A DNA stretch of 63,291 nt, counting the filler, from Globobulimina sp. (lineage: Eukaryota): NCBI GenBank assembly GCA_003354225.1. It is 41 parts of 41 records of this genome, joined end to end, with 100 filler letters (N's around TTAATTAATTAA, not from the genome) between each part and the next. Parts side by side here need not be neighbours in the genome. Positions count along the whole stretch, not along the records: positions 58,757 to 60,201 come from PIVH01016562.1; positions 60,302 to 61,746 come from PIVH01016563.1; positions 61,847 to 63,291 come from PIVH01016564.1; 38 more parts are not named here. One strand, given 5' to 3'. The notes under the pieces are model-generated. The model had not been told where the DNA came from and made no database searches. It saw only the letters and a program-made list of their open reading frames with translations. Each line of letters begins with the position of its first letter. The stretch's first letter is position 1. Shown here piece by piece: positions 58,757 through 63,291 of this stretch. The position numbers and the translations under genes are program-made.

Positions 58757-59180
58757 ATGTTCTTAATATTTTGTATGCAAACAAGACAGGTACCTATGGG
58801 TAAATTGTTTGGTACAAAACAGGACATTCGAAATGGAAGAAATATCTTTTCGTTTGTTTGGGGATGAATTATTGCATCTGTGTTAGGCATATAATGTGTA
58901 TATATCCTTTAACATAGAAACGATTTCTCAAATGAACCGTACCTGTTCTGGTTCGTGCATCCCATAGTTTAGCGTTTAATGTTGGGTTAATATTGTTCAC
59001 TTTATTATTTTTGTAATCTTGTAGTAACTGTCTACAATCATTTAACTGTTTGTCAGTGGTGAATAAAAGTATTGGGTTGAACATTTCAAAAAAATGTCGA
59101 GTTCTGCCAATGTATGTGTCCAAATTGTATTTGTTTCCGTTTAATGTGAACGGTGGGAGGTTATTGCTGGAATCTGACAT
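58757..59180 (-). CDS. SFXN: Sideroflexin (mitochondrial carrier), N-terminal; intron 58878..58942
   Basis: KYNLDTYIGRTRHFFEMFNP, LWDA, |DAIIHPQTNEKIFLPFRMSCFVP.N. Confidence 0.92.
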
Positions 59181-59357
59181 GTTGACGTTGTCCAATCTTG
59201 GTAAAATTCTTAATCCGAAAAATATTTTCCGCCAGAAATTTCTGGAAACTGTAGCTGGGCTGACTTAAAAATTTTTACAGAACAACTTATTTGCTGAATA
59301 ATCAAATGTCATCATTAAACGCATTTTCTTGGCTTTCAGCAATTAGAGATTGGTGCA

Positions 59358-60201
59358 ATGAAAATGCAGTTACTATTAAAACTGAAAAAATATTGTCAAA
59401 AAAAATGGATGAAAGCAGCTACAAAAATGTCTGTTGTTAGTACTATAACCGCTCTTATATTAAAAAAAGGCTATAAATCATATCAACAGCGAAGAATAAA
59501 TACCTCAGCATTCCAACCATTCGTTGTTATTATTGGTGCTGGATTTAGTGGTACGTAATAAATGTATGTCTCCATCAAGTATTCACTTTAAATGACTCCT
59601 CCTTTCTTCAAACATATAAAGGTATTTGTGCAGCAATTCGACTTAAAACCGTACTCAATTATAATAATTTTGTGATAATCGAACGTGATTCACAAATTGG
59701 TGGCACATGGTATAAAAATGTCTACCAGGCTGTAATTGTGATATCCCTGGCATTAATTATTCCCTTTCTTTTGAGCCTGTAGCCTCATGGACGCCACAAT
59801 ATTATCCGTCACAGCAGGAAACCTTGCAGTATGAACGTGATTTATGCACAAAATATGAGTTACATCAATATATTAAATTTAATACACTCGTATCATGTAT
59901 GAAATATGATGAAAACAAAAGAATGTGGACTGTATATACGACGAGTACCTCTAAAACCGGCATCAACCAAACCATCGAAGCAAATATAGTGATTTCTGCA
60001 GTGGGTATGTTGTCCGATAAAAAAATACCAAGATTTAAAAATATGGAGCAGTTCAAAGGAAATCAATTTCATTCCTCAGAATTTGATCGAAAATATGATT
60101 TTACAGATAAAAATGTGGCAGTAATTGGAACGGGGCCCACTGCCATTCAAGTTATTCCAGCTTTGGGTAAAGAGAAGTGTCGAAAATTAATAGTATTTCA
60201 A
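59358..60201 (+). CDS. Baeyer-Villiger/flavin-containing monooxygenase; intron 59551..59621; 1-nt deletion near 59725
   Basis: VIIGAGFSG|ICAAIRL, IGGTWYKN.Y(P)GCNCDIP...YSLSF, FKGNQFHSSEF, VAVIGTGPTAIQVIP. Confidence 0.88.
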
Positions 60202-60420
60202 NNNNNNNNNNNNNNNNNNNNNNNNNNNNNNNNNNNNNNNNNNNNTTAATTAATTAANNNNNNNNNNNNNNNNNNNNNNNNNNNNNNNNNNNNNNNNNNN
60301 NCTTTTATACAAATTATACGTTCCTAGGCGGAAAGTCAAATTGAGAGTAAAAAACAATTTAACTGATCTTTTTGAACTTGAGTTAATGGCTGAGTGGGTT
60401 TAACTGAACTGAAACAATCT

Positions 60421-60975
60421 GATTTATTTATGGATGATACAGTGTCATGATTGCCATCGCAGCATTGTAATGATATGGTAATCGGTGTGTACATAAACAC
60501 CGGATTTATTTATGGATGATACAGTGCCATCACAGTATTATATTGATGGCCAACTGTGTGCATAGCACATTATTTATTTATGGAAATTATTACACAATTT
60601 TTCCTAATATGGCCGCATGCATTGGTCTCATTGAAATATATTGAATGGAATATATTGAATATAATTTCATGGGATTTGGGCTAGTATGTGATTATGGAAT
60701 GATTTTGAGTGTATTTGGAGCAATTCCTCCTTTTCAAATAGATACAATCGGATTATTTGTTTGAAAATATTATGTATTATATTATTATTTGTTGAAAATA
60801 ACGGATATGTTTTCATGTATTGTACTCATTGAAAATCACTAAAATGAATATTTTGAATGTGATTTCATGTGATTTGGGTTAGTATGTGATTTAAATGTGA
60901 TTTTGATGGTATTTGGAGCAATTTTTCATTTTCAAATCATGGCAATCTGTTAAAGTTATTCGTGTATTATTATAT
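60421..60975. repeat. Diverged direct repeats (about 28 bp at 60421/60504; about 150 bp near 60627 / 60826)
   Basis: GATTTATTTATGGATGATACAGTG twice; ATTTCATG.GATTTGGG.TAGTATGTGATT...GTATTTGGAGCAATT twice. Confidence 0.75.
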
Positions 60976-61289
60976 TGATTGTTATGATGACAAACGGTTT
61001 GCAGAGCACCACATATTTATGTATGGAATATGGACGAATTTGCCGCGTTTGTTACATTTGTTTTTGTCGTTTTTCTAATATTTGTCTAACATCAATATCA
61101 CTTTTCTGATATTAGAAAATGATTAGACAAATTTCAGAATATCACCAGAAAACAATTTGAATTTGAAAATGGTCTGTAAATGATCAGAAAAACGATTTGC
61201 TCTGAAAATAATTCTAATATCATTTTATGTCCAGAAAACGGTCAGAAAATGTTTTTCTAGGTCAGACTTTGAAAATGCTGCAGCTTTGT

Positions 61290-61486
61290 CTGCTCGACTC
61301 GACTCAATATGAGCAAATAACAACAAGTCAATATGGGCAAATAAGGACATTTTAATTGCTTCAATCTGCTGATTCAAGTCGAGTCATTATTCTGCTCGCT
61401 GCTCGACTCGACTCACATTTGTGTCACATAATGGCTGCTCGACTCGACTCGTTGATATATATTTGGTCGCGAGTCGAGTCGAGCAG
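61290..61486. repeat. CTGCTCGACTCGACTC x3 direct plus one inverted copy (17-bp stem 61435..61451 / 61470..61486)
   Basis: Copies at 61290, 61399, 61435; reverse complement at 61471..61486. Confidence 0.9.
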
Positions 61487-61846
61487 GACGCCATCTCTGA
61501 ACTGGTATGCAGATAAATTTTGAGGTATATTGGATATTATTCAAATATTTATATCGTTTTATGTTATATTATTTATGTTAACTTCCGTTTCAATGTTGAT
61601 CTTAGTAATTATTGATATTCAATTTCATGTATCGTCACCATTAGACTAGTGAGTGCTAACTAACTTTTTTCTGAGTGCTAATACTTTCAAAGTTAATTAC
61701 ATGGCACTTACGCTTTAGTCTGCCAACTTTGAATCTGTTTTCCATTNNNNNNNNNNNNNNNNNNNNNNNNNNNNNNNNNNNNNNNNNNNNTTAATTAATT
61801 AANNNNNNNNNNNNNNNNNNNNNNNNNNNNNNNNNNNNNNNNNNNN

Positions 61847-62437
61847 TGTAGCTTTGCGGTACCATTCGCCTGGCATGGAAGTGGATGTTGCCGCAGTCGT
61901 TTCCATTGGCTGTGCAGTGGTTATTTGCTGAGAACACTGTGGTGTAATACTGCTGGACGATGCGTGATTTGTATAATAATTAGCTGTTGCACTTTGAACA
62001 TACGCTAAATCATTGCGATTCAATAATGTATCTTTATTATATAATTTATATTTGGCCCATGTTGGCATTGTATACGTTTCTGATGGATCGTGAATACTAA
62101 ATTGTAGCACATCGTTTTTGCTGTCAGTGTTGCAAAAAGAAGTCTGTATAGTGACAAATAAGCGTGTCTCGTTCACTGTGTTGCAACTTATATAACGTTC
62201 AAGATTGTATCTTGGTGGAAATGGGCCATGATACTTTGGCGTATTGGCAATGGATACCATCGGATTGGAGTCTGGAAGAGCGAATCCTGAGATTTGATGG
62301 ATATTCCATCCGTTTTGACCTAATGGATCGAGAGCAAAATCATCGAGCCATGTTTGTTTGTGATTAATGGTTAATTCAGCGTGGATGGGCGAGACATGAA
62401 TGATTGATAGGATTGCGAAATAGTAAATAGTTAACAT
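61847..62437 (-). CDS. Secreted hypothetical protein (partial)
   Basis: Signal peptide MLTIYYFAILSIIHVSPIHA; YHGPF motif; S/T-rich end. Confidence 0.55.
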
Positions 62438-62528
62438 GTTAAGTTACAATTAATGTACTGTTAAATCAATTAAATGTTTACTCAAGTGCAGAAAATCTTA
62501 GTTAGTTAATCTAGTCGTCATCATCAAT

Positions 62529-63291
62529 ATGGGTTCCTGTATCCACGCTACAAACACAAAAAACATGGAATCTGACCTATCTGACGGTGATATTACCGGT
62601 ACAGCATCGAATCATGTGCAATGTGCAAAAGACTTAAGTAAGATGAGCAATAAAGAGATTGAAAAACAGATGAAGTCTCTCGAAAAACAACAACGTTCAA
62701 TAATTAAAACATTATTATTAGGCGGGGGCAGCAGCGGTAAATCAACATTATTTCGACAAATTGAAAGTATTCACGGTGACGAAAAAACGAATGGTACCAT
62801 ACAGGGATTTTTTATTGATTCTGAGACCGTCACAAAACATATACGATTAAATGCGATAAACGGATTAATTAAATTATTAAAACAATCTCAAATTTTATGT
62901 AAAGAGCCACATAATATCAGTAAATGTATTGTTAATGACAAAGATCCAGACATTGACAACGCAGTTAAAATATTATTCGATTTTGAAGCACATAAAATCT
63001 CTGAGTTTAAGGATCAATATGATGAGCAAGATACGCAAAATTTAGGTATTCTGTCCATTTGTAACTATAATTCTGTCCATATATAAAATATAAAAAAGGA
63101 AAAGCAATGCAATTATTGTGGCAATTGGAAGGAATTCAAGAAACATTCAATCATCGACAATATTTCAGTTTATATGAAAATACTAATTATTTTTTGGATA
63201 AAATAACCGAAATAATGGATGAAAGTGATAGTAATGGCTATGTTCCATCGTTTGATGACATATTAAATGCCAGGATGCGGACAACCGGCAT
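62529..63291 (+). CDS. GNA: Heterotrimeric G-protein alpha subunit, N-terminal half; intron 63046..63098
   Basis: MGSC lipidation motif; KTLLLGGGSSGKSTLFRQ; |GKAMQLLW...YFLDKI...YVPSFDDILNARMRTTG. Confidence 0.93.

Overview
This window is not a contiguous locus. It is 41 unrelated short contigs of 1447, then 1446, then 1445 bp (length-sorted), joined by 40 identical 100-nt linkers (N44-TTAATTAATTAA-N44, stop codons in all six frames), so adjacency across linkers has no biological meaning. Most contigs come from an AT-rich eukaryote with short GT-AG introns (about 50-140 nt), standard genetic code and very compact intergenic spacers. The gene repertoire (DEP domain, G-alpha/G-beta, SPRY, PTxxPT-repeat surface proteins, actin, beta-tubulin) suggests a rhizarian/foraminiferan-like protist (inference, no search run). 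Mixed in are a bacterial response-regulator contig, a prokaryotic 2-oxoacid:ferredoxin oxidoreductase fragment fused to a eukaryotic gene, a T4-like phage DNA polymerase and a viral/retroelement gB-like envelope glycoprotein, as expected for an amplified single-cell or holobiont assembly. The most notable observations are: an in-frame spliced DEP-domain::glucose-6-phosphate dehydrogenase fusion; a class III (gB/chuvirus-like) fusogen with a furin-type site; unusual domain fusions (Ubl-SAM-Rab, MYND-SAM-U-box, trypsin-like-RCC1); a calcineurin-like pseudophosphatase; a spliced CHAT caspase-like protease; a CD225/dispanin; repeated head-to-head gene pairs 60-360 bp apart; and a recurrent templated micro-duplication signature at gene lesions and junctions. 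No rRNA, tRNA or CRISPR array was recognised. All family calls are by motif recognition only.
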